Source: Nitrospira japonica
GTDB lineage: Bacteria; Nitrospirota; Thermodesulfovibrionia; Thermodesulfovibrionales; DYHX01
Direction of reading: 5' to 3'
Assembly (NCBI GenBank): GCA_020723925.1
Contig: DYHX01000002.1
Coordinates: forward strand, 1 to 54,577
Length of the DNA: 54,577 nucleotides
Numbering within the stretch: position 1 is the stretch's first letter; each line of letters opens with the position of its first letter. The translations under genes were made by a program, and so were the position numbers. The notes below the pieces were generated by a model. The model searched no databases. It worked only from the letters and a program-made list of their open reading frames with translations, and had not been told where the DNA came from. Below are positions 6,362-15,946 of the stretch, one piece after another.

Positions 6362-8560
6362 ATGAGAATGGGTTTAATTGGTCTTATTAGTTTAATTGGC
6401 TGCATTGGTTTACTGACAGATATTACAACGGCATTGGGAGAAGAAAAAGAAACAAGGCTTGAAGAGATTGTGGTAACCGCCACAAGGACAGAAAAGGAAT
6501 TAGAAGCCGCGCCGGGCAGCGTGTCGGTAGTTACGAAAGAAGATATGGAAAAGAAAAATACGAAAACAGTTGATGAGGCATTAAACACCGTTTCAGGTGT
6601 CTTTGACAGGCGAGGCAAGGGGCTTATGGATACCCGCTCACAAGTTAGCATCAGGGGAATCTCGGGTCAGAGTAGAACCCTTATCCTTTTGGATGGAATG
6701 CCCCTCAACAGCGCATATACGGGTGATGTCCAGTGGGGCGGCCTTTCACCTGAAGATGCAGAGAGGATAGAGGTTGTGAAAGGCCCGTTTTCAAGCCTTT
6801 ACGGCGGATATGCTATGGGCGGTGTTGTAAACATTATCACAAAGATGCCTGAAAAGAGGGAATTTGTATTTAAGACAGGCTACGGCTCGGGTTTTGAGAG
6901 AGGCGAGGCTATGGATGATTTAAGAAAGTTTTATCTTTCTTATGGAGATAAATTTAAGGATAAATTAAGCCTGTTTGTAAGTTATGGATATAAGGCAACA
7001 AACGGCTATCCAAGTGATTTCAATGTCCAGTCTTCAAAACCAACAGCAGGAATTACAGGCTGGTCTTATACAACGGATAATCAGGGCAATACCCGTTACT
7101 TAATAGGCGACAGAGGCGACAACAGGTGGTGGGACGACAATATCACATTCAAGGCAGGGTATGATTTTTCTAAAACCACAAAGGTTAATCTATCTTTTAT
7201 CAGAACCCGGTATGAATACAATTATGATAATCCGCATACATATCTCAGGAATGCGTCAGGCAACGAGGTCTGGTCATACGGGACTGTGAAGGAATCTTCG
7301 TTCCTTTCAGGCTCTGGAGGCAGGATTCAGAACATCTACAACATAACCTCCGAAACGCAATTCTCTACGGTCAAGGCTAAGCTTTCCCTCGGACTCGTTG
7401 ATCAGGAAAATTCATGGTATGTAACGCCTGATTCAACTGCTACCCGCTCCGGCGGTACGGGCAAGGTCAGCGAAACGCCATCACAAAGCTATAATGCAGA
7501 TATTCAATTCACATTGCCTATTTTTGATAGGCATATTCTCACCTTCGGAGGCTCTTTCAGGCATGGCCGGGCAGATACAAAGGAGCATAATCTCGCAAAC
7601 TGGAAGGATGAGAAATCAAAGACCGCTTTAACATACCAATCAAAAGGCAAAGACATTACATACGCATCGTTTGTTCAGGATGAAATAATAATTCTTGATA
7701 ACCTCACCGCATACATCGGCTTCAGGCATGACTGGTGGGAGACATATGACGGCTATGCCAACGATGTGGGTAAGGCAGGATACCCCAAAAATTATGATTC
7801 ACGGAAGGCGTCATCTTTCAGCCCCAAGGCTGCCCTTGTTTATAAACCTTTTGAAAAGACGACTTTAAGGACATCTGTCGGAAAGGCATTCAGACCGCCG
7901 ACGGTTTATGACCTTTACAGGACATGGACATCATCATCCGGCGTCACATATGCGGGAAATCCTGATTTAAAGCCGGAGACAACGACCTCATGGGATATTG
8001 GGATTGAGCAGGGCTTATGGAAAGGTGCAAAGATTAGGGCAGCTTATTTTGAGAATTACATGAAAGACCTGATATATCGTAAAACAGTGTCTGCCACCCT
8101 TCAGGAGAATATCAATGCGGGAAAGGCTGAAAGCAAGGGCGTAGAGATCGAGGCTGAGCAGAGGTTTGATAAATGGCTCAGGCTCTTTGCCAATTTCACA
8201 TATACCGATGCAAAGATAAAGAAAAACGATGCAAAGCCTGCAACAGAAGGCAAGAGGTTGACTCAGGTGCCTGAGAGCATGTTCAACATTGGCGGCGATT
8301 TTGAAAAAGGTCCTTTGTCAGCATCCCTGACAGGCAGGTATGTAAGCAAACGTTATTCAAATGATGAGAATAAAGATGTAGTGAATAATGTATATACATC
8401 TTACGACCCTTATTTTGTTGCGGATGCAAAGGTCTCTTATAAACTTACAAAGTTTGCCACACTCTCTTTTTCTGTAGATAACATCTTTGACAGGGATTAT
8501 TTCGCCTATTACAAGGCACCAGGAAGGTCATGGTTTGGAGAGATAACATTAAGGTTTTAG
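6362..8560 (+). CDS. TonB-dependent outer-membrane receptor (second copy, 732 aa)
   Basis: TonB box LEEIVVTATR. Plug motif AERIEVVKGPFSSLYGGYAMGGVVNIITK. The C-terminus GEITLRF is aromatic. The ATG at 6362 follows SD aggagg (the track starts 3 nt earlier at a TTG). Confidence 0.85.
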   Translation: MRMGLIGLISLIGCIGLLTDITTALGEEKETRLEEIVVTATRTEKELEAAPGSVSVVTKEDMEKKNTKTVDEALNTVSGVFDRRGKGLMDTRSQVSIRGISGQSRTLILLDGMPLNSAYTGDVQWGGLSPEDAERIEVVKGPFSSLYGGYAMGGVVNIITKMPEKREFVFKTGYGSGFERGEAMDDLRKFYLSYGDKFKDKLSLFVSYGYKATNGYPSDFNVQSSKPTAGITGWSYTTDNQGNTRYLIGDRGDNRWWDDNITFKAGYDFSKTTKVNLSFIRTRYEYNYDNPHTYLRNASGNEVWSYGTVKESSFLSGSGGRIQNIYNITSETQFSTVKAKLSLGLVDQENSWYVTPDSTATRSGGTGKVSETPSQSYNADIQFTLPIFDRHILTFGGSFRHGRADTKEHNLANWKDEKSKTALTYQSKGKDITYASFVQDEIIILDNLTAYIGFRHDWWETYDGYANDVGKAGYPKNYDSRKASSFSPKAALVYKPFEKTTLRTSVGKAFRPPTVYDLYRTWTSSSGVTYAGNPDLKPETTTSWDIGIEQGLWKGAKIRAAYFENYMKDLIYRKTVSATLQENINAGKAESKGVEIEAEQRFDKWLRLFANFTYTDAKIKKNDAKPATEGKRLTQVPESMFNIGGDFEKGPLSASLTGRYVSKRYSNDENKDVVNNVYTSYDPYFVADAKVSYKLTKFATLSFSVDNIFDRDYFAYYKAPGRSWFGEITLRF

Positions 8561-9279
8561 GAGTAAAGGCAAGGGCATTGCCGTTGGTGGTTTCAATGTT
8601 GTTGCACATGGCGGTGATGGTTGTTTTTGCCTTTACAAATCAAGAAAAGGAGAAGATTTTTCATGTAGAGCTAATGATGCAGGATATGGGATATATGCAT
8701 CAACACCAAGTAAAACAGTCATATCGGACATCGTCTCGGCTTTCTCAGCCTGTCATAAGAGATATAGATTCTTCTCTGTCTCATGAGGAAAAGACAGAGA
8801 TAAAGACTGATAGCGTTAATACGATGGAAACATTGCCAACGGTAGAAGGTTCGAACGCTGATACTGTTTCAGCCAAATCCACAGTTTCTATTTTAACAAG
8901 CGGAGACAAGGCAGTGTCTGAAAAATCATTACTCAATGCAAAGGCAGGCGGTAATTCAGTCGCAAAGATTATAGGTCATGGGAATGCTGTTGTAGAAAGC
9001 GAATTCGGCTCTGCTAATGCCCCATCATTCTTAAAAAGGGTAATTCCTGAATATCCACGAGTGGCAAGGCGGCTTGGCAGAGAAGGGAGGGTAGTATTAA
9101 TGCTTCACATTAATAAACATGGGAAACTGCTTAATGTAGAAATTATTGAAAAGGCAGGGTACGGCTTTGATGAGGCAGCGATGGACGCTGTAAAGTCCTC
9201 ATCTTTTCAACCAGCAAGAGTAAACGACAAGCCTGTGGACTGCAAGGCAATATTGCCGATAAGCTTTAAACTGCAATAG
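8530..9279 (+). CDS. tonB: Energy transducer TonB
   Basis: One N-terminal TM helix (ALPLVVSMLLHMAVMVVFAF), a linker, then a TonB C-terminal domain PEYPRVARRLGREGRVVLMLHINKHGKLLNVEIIEKAGYGFDEAAMDAVKSSSFQPA. It overlaps the TBDR by 31 nt; the exact start is uncertain. Confidence 0.8.
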   Translation: MVWRDNIKVLGVKARALPLVVSMLLHMAVMVVFAFTNQEKEKIFHVELMMQDMGYMHQHQVKQSYRTSSRLSQPVIRDIDSSLSHEEKTEIKTDSVNTMETLPTVEGSNADTVSAKSTVSILTSGDKAVSEKSLLNAKAGGNSVAKIIGHGNAVVESEFGSANAPSFLKRVIPEYPRVARRLGREGRVVLMLHINKHGKLLNVEIIEKAGYGFDEAAMDAVKSSSFQPARVNDKPVDCKAILPISFKLQ

Positions 9280-9291
9280 AGGAGGACAAAT

Positions 9292-10059
9292 ATGGACTTA
9301 AATATTATATTGTGGATTGGCGGTATGCTCTTCAGCCTCAGCATATTTGCCATAAAAGTAGGCTTTGGTCTCGGCTTTAGCAGAATAAGATGGAAAGGCA
9401 TCTTTCTGACCCTTTCCATGTATCTTGCGCTGTTTGTCCTTATTGCAACGCTCTCAGAACAGTTGATCAAAATACTTGAGCCAGTATTGAGGAAAGGCCC
9501 TTATCTCCATGCTGCTATGGCATTAGGGATGATTGTATGGGGAATTCTCTTATTGAGAGCACAGAACAAAGGGCACAGAGGACAGACAAATTCAAGATTT
9601 AAAAATGAAAACTCACAAATCATTGACTCTGAACTCCCAACTCTGAACTCATTACTTCTGTTAGTTCCCTGTCCTATCTGCCTTACTGCAATGACATTCT
9701 CTGTATGGTCCGCATTAAATGTAGTTAAATTCCCCGCAGGGCTGGTTGGTCTGGGCTTAGGATTTGTTTTTATTTTGTTGTCGCTTACTGTTTATTTTTC
9801 CTTAAAACTCATAACTTTTAACTCATCACTTATAACTCAAAGAATCGGTCTGGGATTAAGCATGATGGCGATAGGGCTTTATTTCATTGCATCCTTGTTT
9901 ATTCCTGTAAAGATAGAGGAAGCGAAGGGGGTATACATGTCGTTTCTTGCAGAGAACGCTAACACTGCTTTAAATGACAGCATCGGAGTTTTTATTGTTC
10001 TTTTTGCAGCCATGTTAATTGGCTTTTTATTAAATAAGAGAACGGAGGTCAAAGAATGA
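9292..10059 (+). CDS. Polytopic membrane protein, DUF2162-type predicted transporter with an intramembrane CPIC motif
   Basis: The protein is 255 aa with about 7-8 TM helices. CPIC is at 9670-9681 inside a helix (LLLVPCPICLTAM). From memory, its pattern and its partners (MotA/ExbB-like, DUF2149-like, CobN) match the DUF2162 family; this was not verified by search. Confidence 0.6.
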   Translation: MDLNIILWIGGMLFSLSIFAIKVGFGLGFSRIRWKGIFLTLSMYLALFVLIATLSEQLIKILEPVLRKGPYLHAAMALGMIVWGILLLRAQNKGHRGQTNSRFKNENSQIIDSELPTLNSLLLLVPCPICLTAMTFSVWSALNVVKFPAGLVGLGLGFVFILLSLTVYFSLKLITFNSSLITQRIGLGLSMMAIGLYFIASLFIPVKIEEAKGVYMSFLAENANTALNDSIGVFIVLFAAMLIGFLLNKRTEVKE

Positions 10060-10670
10060 ATATCCTTGCAGGTCTTGAGACATTCCTGTATGTGATTTCA
10101 TCTGCACTTTTCTATCCTGTGGTGGCAGGGCTTGTTCTGCTTACATTCTGGATTGTTGTCTCTTTTGGTGGTTTTTTGAGGGAGCATATAGAGAGAAAAC
10201 AGGGAAACCCATCTGTATTGGGTAGATTTAAAAAAATCCTCGAATCGGAACTTTCAATTAATGCCGACAATACTGATATAAATCTGGAAAGGCGGCTGCA
10301 GGAAGCAGAGCTTGGACTTATCAAATCCCTTGATAAAATCAGATTTGCCATTCGTGTTGGTCCCGCCCTCGGCTTGATGGGAACACTAATTCCAATGGGC
10401 ATCGCACTTTCTGCCCTTGCACAGGGTGATATGCCGAAAATGGCCAGCAGCATGGTTACTGCCTTTACCACAACCGTTGTAGGACTTGCCTGCGGTGTGG
10501 CTGCATATTTGATGTCATTGGTGAAAGAAAAATGGGTAAGGGCTGATATTAACGAGATGGATTACCTCACAGAGCTAACGCTCCGAAATTCAAAATTAAA
10601 AATTCAAAATGCAACCATGGAGGAAAAAGATGAGATTTTTGAAGAGGCACAGACGCTTCGAAAGATATGA
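10056..10670 (+). CDS. MotA/TolQ/ExbB proton-channel family protein
   Basis: Three-TM topology with the family signature RVGPALGLMGTLIPMGIALSAL....TAFTTTVVGLACGVAAYL. Its start overlaps the previous stop as ATGA. Confidence 0.8.
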   Translation: MNILAGLETFLYVISSALFYPVVAGLVLLTFWIVVSFGGFLREHIERKQGNPSVLGRFKKILESELSINADNTDINLERRLQEAELGLIKSLDKIRFAIRVGPALGLMGTLIPMGIALSALAQGDMPKMASSMVTAFTTTVVGLACGVAAYLMSLVKEKWVRADINEMDYLTELTLRNSKLKIQNATMEEKDEIFEEAQTLRKI

Positions 10671-10968
10671 ACAGCCCCTTGAAGACCCAATTTCAGGGGT
10701 CGCAAATCTCTTTGACGCAAGCGTGGTTTTTATCGTGAGTATGATGATTGCCCTTTTCATGGCTTACAACATGCTCGATCTGCTTGACCCTAAATCGGAG
10801 GTCACGATCACAAAAAAGACCGCCGATGGAAAGATAGAGATAATCACAAAGAAAGGCAAGGAGATTAAGGCAAAAAAAGTGACCGATAAGAGATTAAGCG
10901 GTGAAGGCGAGAGGCTCGGAACAGCGTATCAATTAAAAGACGGGAGGGTTATTTATGTGCCAGAGTAA
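10630..10968 (+). CDS. DUF2149-type single-pass membrane protein (ExbD/TolR-like partner of the channel)
   Basis: MRFLKRHRRFE...GVANLFDASVVFIVSMMIALFMAY has an Asp at the helix entry, as in ExbD/TolR, followed by a small periplasmic beta-rich domain. The ATG at 10630 is preceded by ggagga (the track starts at 10609). Confidence 0.6.
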   Translation: MRFLKRHRRFERYEQPLEDPISGVANLFDASVVFIVSMMIALFMAYNMLDLLDPKSEVTITKKTADGKIEIITKKGKEIKAKKVTDKRLSGEGERLGTAYQLKDGRVIYVPE

Positions 10969-13900
10969 AGAAAATTCAAAAATTAAAAATCAAAATGTAA
11001 AATTAAGGTATTCCATAACTTTTATTTTTGCATTTTTCATTTTGCATTTCAGCATCGCCCATGCAGAGCCTTTGAAAATAAGCCTTTTGCTCGGAGACAC
11101 CCATTCAAGGACAGCCCTTGATGCAGTCAAGGCAATAGAAAAAGAATACCCTGATATAAAGGGAAAGATTGGCTTTCATGTCTATACGAGCAGAGGTATC
11201 AGGGAAAGGAAAGGTGAAGATATGGCTGTTGCATCCTCAAAGGTCGTTTTCATCCTCCTCATTATGGACAGACAGGGAGTTGAGCTGGTGAGACTGCATA
11301 TTGAAAAGGTGATAAAAAATGGTGGTAAGGTTTATGCAGTTGGTGGGATTTATAACAAAGAACACAAGGACATGGGGATAATAGATGATGAGGAGGTTAA
11401 GGCTTACTACAAAGAAAACGGCTTTGAGAATATAAAAAACATGATTCTGTTTGTGCTAAACAGAGATTTAGGGTTTAAGGTCTCATATAAAATGCCGGTT
11501 GCAGTCCCTGATTTTGGAATCTATATAAAACATGACAAAAGAGCTGTGGAGACTTATGATGAATTTTTAAAGTCTTACACACTTAACGCATCACGCATTA
11601 CGCATTACGATAAATGGATAGGGCTTGCCTTCAACAAAAGTTCCTTTGATTCCGACAATCTCAAGAATATAGACGCAGTAATTGAGAGCCTTGAAAGAGA
11701 AGGCTTTAATGTCCTGCCTGTCTATGGCTATCCACCCGAGAAGGCAATAGAGAAATACTTCTTTGATGAAAAAGGAAAAAGCAGGGTGAGATTTATCGTT
11801 GGACTCTCCATGAAGGTCGGTATAAATCCTAAGGCGCTGAATCCTGTCCTTGAGAGGCTCAATGTCCCTATTATCAATGCCATTACTCTTTACACCAAAT
11901 CAAAAGAGGAGTGGGAACAATCGCCTGCCGGCCTTGACATCTTTGAGAGGTCATGGCAAATAGCCCTGCCGGAGCTTGCAGGCATTATCCAGCCCACTGT
12001 CATTGCATCAAAGGAGAAGATGACTGATAAGGAGACCGGCATTGAATACATGGAGGAAAGACCGATACCGGAAAGGATAAGCAGGCTTACAGACAGGATT
12101 AAGGCATGGCTTAATCTTCAGGACAAACCAAACAAGGACAAAAAGATTGCAATCATCTATTACAATTATCCACCCGGCAAACAGAACATAGGCGCATCCT
12201 ATCTGAATGTGCTTCCTGAAAGTTTGTGGGAAATATTAAACAAGCTTAAGGCCGAGGGATATGACATAAGCAATCAGTCAGTGGTCAGCAATCAGGAAAT
12301 TAGTAAGGAGCAACTATTTAATAATATCCATAACTACGCAAGGAATATTGGCAATTGGGCTGCCGGAGAGATCGACAGGCTTGCAAAGAGTGGAAAGCCA
12401 ATACTGATTCCGATTGATACATATAAAAGATGGTTTGAGGAACTGCCGGAAGGGTTAAAGAAGGCTATCATAAAAAACTGGGGCAGGCCTGAAGATAATA
12501 AAGTCATGTCATGGACAGGCGCAAGCGGCACAAAATATATAATCATACCTGCTGTTCAATACGGAAATATTATTTTCACTCCGCAGCCTTCAAGGGGCTG
12601 GGAGCAGGATTCAATAAAGCTCTACCACGATGTCACTCTCGCACCGCACCATCAATATGTCGCCTTTTATTTATGGCTTAAAAAAGGATTTCAGGCGGAT
12701 GCTGTTGCGCATATCGGCACTCACGGCACGCATGAATGGCTCTCCGGTAAAGAGGTTGGATTTACGAATGAAGATCCTCCGGAGGCATTGATACAGGATT
12801 TGCCCAATATATATCCATACATTGTCGATGATGTTGGAGAAGGGCTTCAGGCAAAGAGGCGAGGCATGGCTGTAATCATCGACCATATGACACCGCCATT
12901 TGATAGGGCGGGAATGAATAAGGAATTGAAAGAGCTTGCAGCGCTTATTAACGACTACAATGCGGCTAAAGAGAAAAGCCCTTCACTTGCTGAGACAAAG
13001 CTTGATGATATAAATAAACTCGTAAAAAAGACAGGTATTCTTACAGACCTCAAACTCAAAGAAATTAAAAACCATGAAGAAATAGAGGAACTTGAGCATT
13101 ACATAAAAGAGATTTCAGAAAGACAGACTCCATTCGGACTTCACACCTTTGGCAAGACGCCTGATGGAAAATACAGAAAGAGCACAGCAGAGGCAATTCT
13201 ATCTATTGAAAAAGGGCTGTCAGATGAAGAACGGGGAAAAAGAATTGCTGATATGGAGCAAAGGATAATGCAATCAGGCAAGAGAGAACTTGACTCTTTT
13301 ATCGCAGCGCTTGCCGGCAAATACATCCCTGCTGGTCAGGGCAACGATCCGATTAGAAATCCTGATTCCTTACCAACGGGTAAAAATTTCTACTCCTTCG
13401 ATCCAACGAGAATACCATCAAAATCCACATATGAAATGGGTGTGAGGCTGGCAAAGGAACTCATAGAAGGCTATAAGCAAAGGCATGACATATATCCAGA
13501 CAAACTCACATTTAATCTCTGGGGTGTTGAAACCATAAGGCATGAAGGCGTGATGGACTCACAAATTATGTATCTCATGGGAATAAAGCCGAAATGGGAT
13601 GAAAGGGGAAGGGTAATAGGCATTGAGGCAATCCCCCGCTCTGAACTCGGAAGACCCCGCATTGATGTAACCATTGTCCCATCAGGGCTTTACAGGGATT
13701 TATTTTCCAATCTCATGGCACTGCTCGATAATGCTGTGAGCTTAGCAAAGGAACAGAATGAAGAAGACAATATCTTAAGGTCAAATGTCTTAAAGACCAA
13801 GAAGATGCTCATGGAAAAAGGTATTACAGAAGACAGGGCAGAAAAGCTTGCATCTGTAAGGCTATTCACCGTGCCTTCAGGCGCTTACGGAACAAACCTT

Positions 13901-14962
13901 GATAAGGTAATCCCAATGTCAAATACATGGGCTGATGAAAAACAGGTTGCCGATGTATATTTCATGAGGATGAGTTATATGTACGGGCAGGGGTTCTGGG
14001 GTGAAAAAATAGTGCGACAGAACGATAGTGCGACAGAGCGACAAGAAGATATAAGTCTTACCCTTTTAAAAACAGCCCTTTCAGGAACAAAGATGGCTGT
14101 TCACAGCCGTTCGGGTAATGTGTATGCAACCCTTGATAATGATGACTTCTTTCAATACCTTGGCGGTACTGCAATGGCGATACGTGCAGTTGATGGAAAG
14201 ACACCAGAGGTTTATGTCACGAATATGTCCAATCCCAAAATGCCGAAGCAGGAGACCCTTGAGAAATTCATGGGTAGGGAGATGAGGGCGAGGTATCTTA
14301 ATCCTGAGTGGATAAAGGCCATGATGAAGGAGGGCTATGCAGGCGCTCGTTTTGTTGATAAGGTTGTTGAGCATCTATGGGGATGGCAGGTTACAGTGCC
14401 GGAGGCAGTGGATGCAGCAAAGTGGAATGAGATGTATGAGACCTATGTCCTGGACAGGAACGGACTAAACATAAAAGAGATGTTCAAACAGTCAAAGAAC
14501 ATGTGGGCTTATCAATCCATTGTAGCGAGGATGCTTGAGACAGTGAGAAAGGACTATTGGAAACCTGATAAAAAAATAGTTGAGACCCTCGCAAAGGAAT
14601 ATGCAGAGAGCGTGAAAGAGGTTGGCCTTGCATGCTGCGACCACACATGCAATAATCCGTTGCTTACAAAATTTACCTCTTCTGTGCTGATGTCTGTGCC
14701 TGGATTGAAGGCTCAGGTGAATGGATTTATGAAGGCATTAAAAACAGTCCAGAGTCAAGAGTCAGGAGTCAAGAGTCAAAAAGACAAATCACTAACAAAA
14801 ACATCTGCACCAGACGGAAAAGGTAAAAAGGTAGAGGGCTACGAAATACAGGATATAAATGCATCTGGGGCATCATCCGTACCAATCCCGTGGCTATTCT
14901 TGCTCGGATTTTTAGTATTTTTAGGGCTGATAATGCTTGGATGGAGAAAGACAAGGACATAA
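10955..14962 (+). CDS. cobN: CobN/Mg-chelatase-H family protein (1335 aa) with an N-terminal signal peptide and a C-terminal membrane anchor, HmuS-like
   Basis: It has the length of the CobN family and I recognise CobN-like stretches throughout (e.g. AHIGTHGTHEWLSGKEVG, MAVIIDHMTPPF, GLHTFG, NPDSLPTGKNFYSFDP, NLWGVETIRHEG, VPSGLYRD). The N-terminus ...RYSITFIFAFFILHFSIAHA-EP is signal-like. The C-terminus is PIPWLFLLGFLVFLGLIMLGWRKTRT (14882-14959). Confidence 0.85.
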   Translation: MCQSKENSKIKNQNVKLRYSITFIFAFFILHFSIAHAEPLKISLLLGDTHSRTALDAVKAIEKEYPDIKGKIGFHVYTSRGIRERKGEDMAVASSKVVFILLIMDRQGVELVRLHIEKVIKNGGKVYAVGGIYNKEHKDMGIIDDEEVKAYYKENGFENIKNMILFVLNRDLGFKVSYKMPVAVPDFGIYIKHDKRAVETYDEFLKSYTLNASRITHYDKWIGLAFNKSSFDSDNLKNIDAVIESLEREGFNVLPVYGYPPEKAIEKYFFDEKGKSRVRFIVGLSMKVGINPKALNPVLERLNVPIINAITLYTKSKEEWEQSPAGLDIFERSWQIALPELAGIIQPTVIASKEKMTDKETGIEYMEERPIPERISRLTDRIKAWLNLQDKPNKDKKIAIIYYNYPPGKQNIGASYLNVLPESLWEILNKLKAEGYDISNQSVVSNQEISKEQLFNNIHNYARNIGNWAAGEIDRLAKSGKPILIPIDTYKRWFEELPEGLKKAIIKNWGRPEDNKVMSWTGASGTKYIIIPAVQYGNIIFTPQPSRGWEQDSIKLYHDVTLAPHHQYVAFYLWLKKGFQADAVAHIGTHGTHEWLSGKEVGFTNEDPPEALIQDLPNIYPYIVDDVGEGLQAKRRGMAVIIDHMTPPFDRAGMNKELKELAALINDYNAAKEKSPSLAETKLDDINKLVKKTGILTDLKLKEIKNHEEIEELEHYIKEISERQTPFGLHTFGKTPDGKYRKSTAEAILSIEKGLSDEERGKRIADMEQRIMQSGKRELDSFIAALAGKYIPAGQGNDPIRNPDSLPTGKNFYSFDPTRIPSKSTYEMGVRLAKELIEGYKQRHDIYPDKLTFNLWGVETIRHEGVMDSQIMYLMGIKPKWDERGRVIGIEAIPRSELGRPRIDVTIVPSGLYRDLFSNLMALLDNAVSLAKEQNEEDNILRSNVLKTKKMLMEKGITEDRAEKLASVRLFTVPSGAYGTNLDKVIPMSNTWADEKQVADVYFMRMSYMYGQGFWGEKIVRQNDSATERQEDISLTLLKTALSGTKMAVHSRSGNVYATLDNDDFFQYLGGTAMAIRAVDGKTPEVYVTNMSNPKMPKQETLEKFMGREMRARYLNPEWIKAMMKEGYAGARFVDKVVEHLWGWQVTVPEAVDAAKWNEMYETYVLDRNGLNIKEMFKQSKNMWAYQSIVARMLETVRKDYWKPDKKIVETLAKEYAESVKEVGLACCDHTCNNPLLTKFTSSVLMSVPGLKAQVNGFMKALKTVQSQESGVKSQKDKSLTKTSAPDGKGKKVEGYEIQDINASGASSVPIPWLFLLGFLVFLGLIMLGWRKTRT

Positions 14963-14980
14963 GTTGCTATTTTGCTGTTC

Positions 14981-15946
14981 ATGGGGTTAAATAAAAGGAT
15001 GGAAATTCCTGATTGGCTGAAACAGACAGAACACAGAATACAGAACACAGAATACAGAAAAACAAAAGAGAAGTTTCTTGATAAGACACTCAGCCATGTC
15101 GTCTCATTCACTGAAGATACGATGTTTAATGAAAGGGTTTCTGCAAAGAAAGGCCTTCTGCAGGGGATCGAACCCAGATTAAAGACAGCCTGCCTCCTCG
15201 GGTTCATTGTTGTTTTGAGTCTCCAGAAAACTATCGGAGGTATTGCTTTATTTTTGCTCATGTCTTTTTTTATGGCATTTGCATCTAAGGTGTCGTTTGC
15301 CCTGCTCTTGAAGAGGCTTATACCTGCCGCTGTGTTTACAGCATTCATAGCCATGCCTGCAACGTTGAATATAATTGTGAAGGGCGAGGCCCTATTAACG
15401 CTATATACCTTTGAAAAAACCTACAGCCTTGGCCCTATAGCCATTCCAGCAGAGGTATCGATAACAAGGCAGGGGTTGCTCAGTGCATTAACTCTGTTTT
15501 TGAGGGTTATTGCATCTGTCTCAATAGTTTTTCTTTTGACCCTGACAACACCACCAAACAGACTTATAAAGGCAGTCTCCTCTTTTATGCCAAGGGCATT
15601 GAAATCAATAGTCTCCATAAGCTACAGATACATCTTCTTCCTTGTTCGGGAGGTTGAGCAGTTTATAATGGGCTTTAAATCAAGAAATGTCTCATTGGGG
15701 TTCCCAAAAGGTCGTAAGACCTTTTGGGGTGCAGAGCAGAAATGGGTTGCATCAAGGGTAAGCCTTTTATTCTCGATCAGCCTGAGGCTGAGCAATGAGC
15801 TTGAGCGAGCTATGGAGTCACGGGGATACAAGACTGAAGATGATAGATTTCAGATGTCAGATTTCAGATTTTCGAGATATGATGCAGGCTGGATAATCTT
15901 TTGTATAATCTTTTCAGGAGCTATGATTTGGAAGTCTTTGGCGTAG
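14981..15946 (+). CDS. cbiQ: Cobalt ECF transporter T component CbiQ
   Basis: EcfT/CbiQ-type polytopic protein (…ITRQGLLSALTLFLRVIASVSIVFLLTLTTPPNRLIKA…ISYRYIFFLVREVEQFIMGFKSRN). The start is ambiguous among in-frame TTG 14972, ATG 14981 and ATG 14999. Confidence 0.8.
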   Translation: MGLNKRMEIPDWLKQTEHRIQNTEYRKTKEKFLDKTLSHVVSFTEDTMFNERVSAKKGLLQGIEPRLKTACLLGFIVVLSLQKTIGGIALFLLMSFFMAFASKVSFALLLKRLIPAAVFTAFIAMPATLNIIVKGEALLTLYTFEKTYSLGPIAIPAEVSITRQGLLSALTLFLRVIASVSIVFLLTLTTPPNRLIKAVSSFMPRALKSIVSISYRYIFFLVREVEQFIMGFKSRNVSLGFPKGRKTFWGAEQKWVASRVSLLFSISLRLSNELERAMESRGYKTEDDRFQMSDFRFSRYDAGWIIFCIIFSGAMIWKSLA

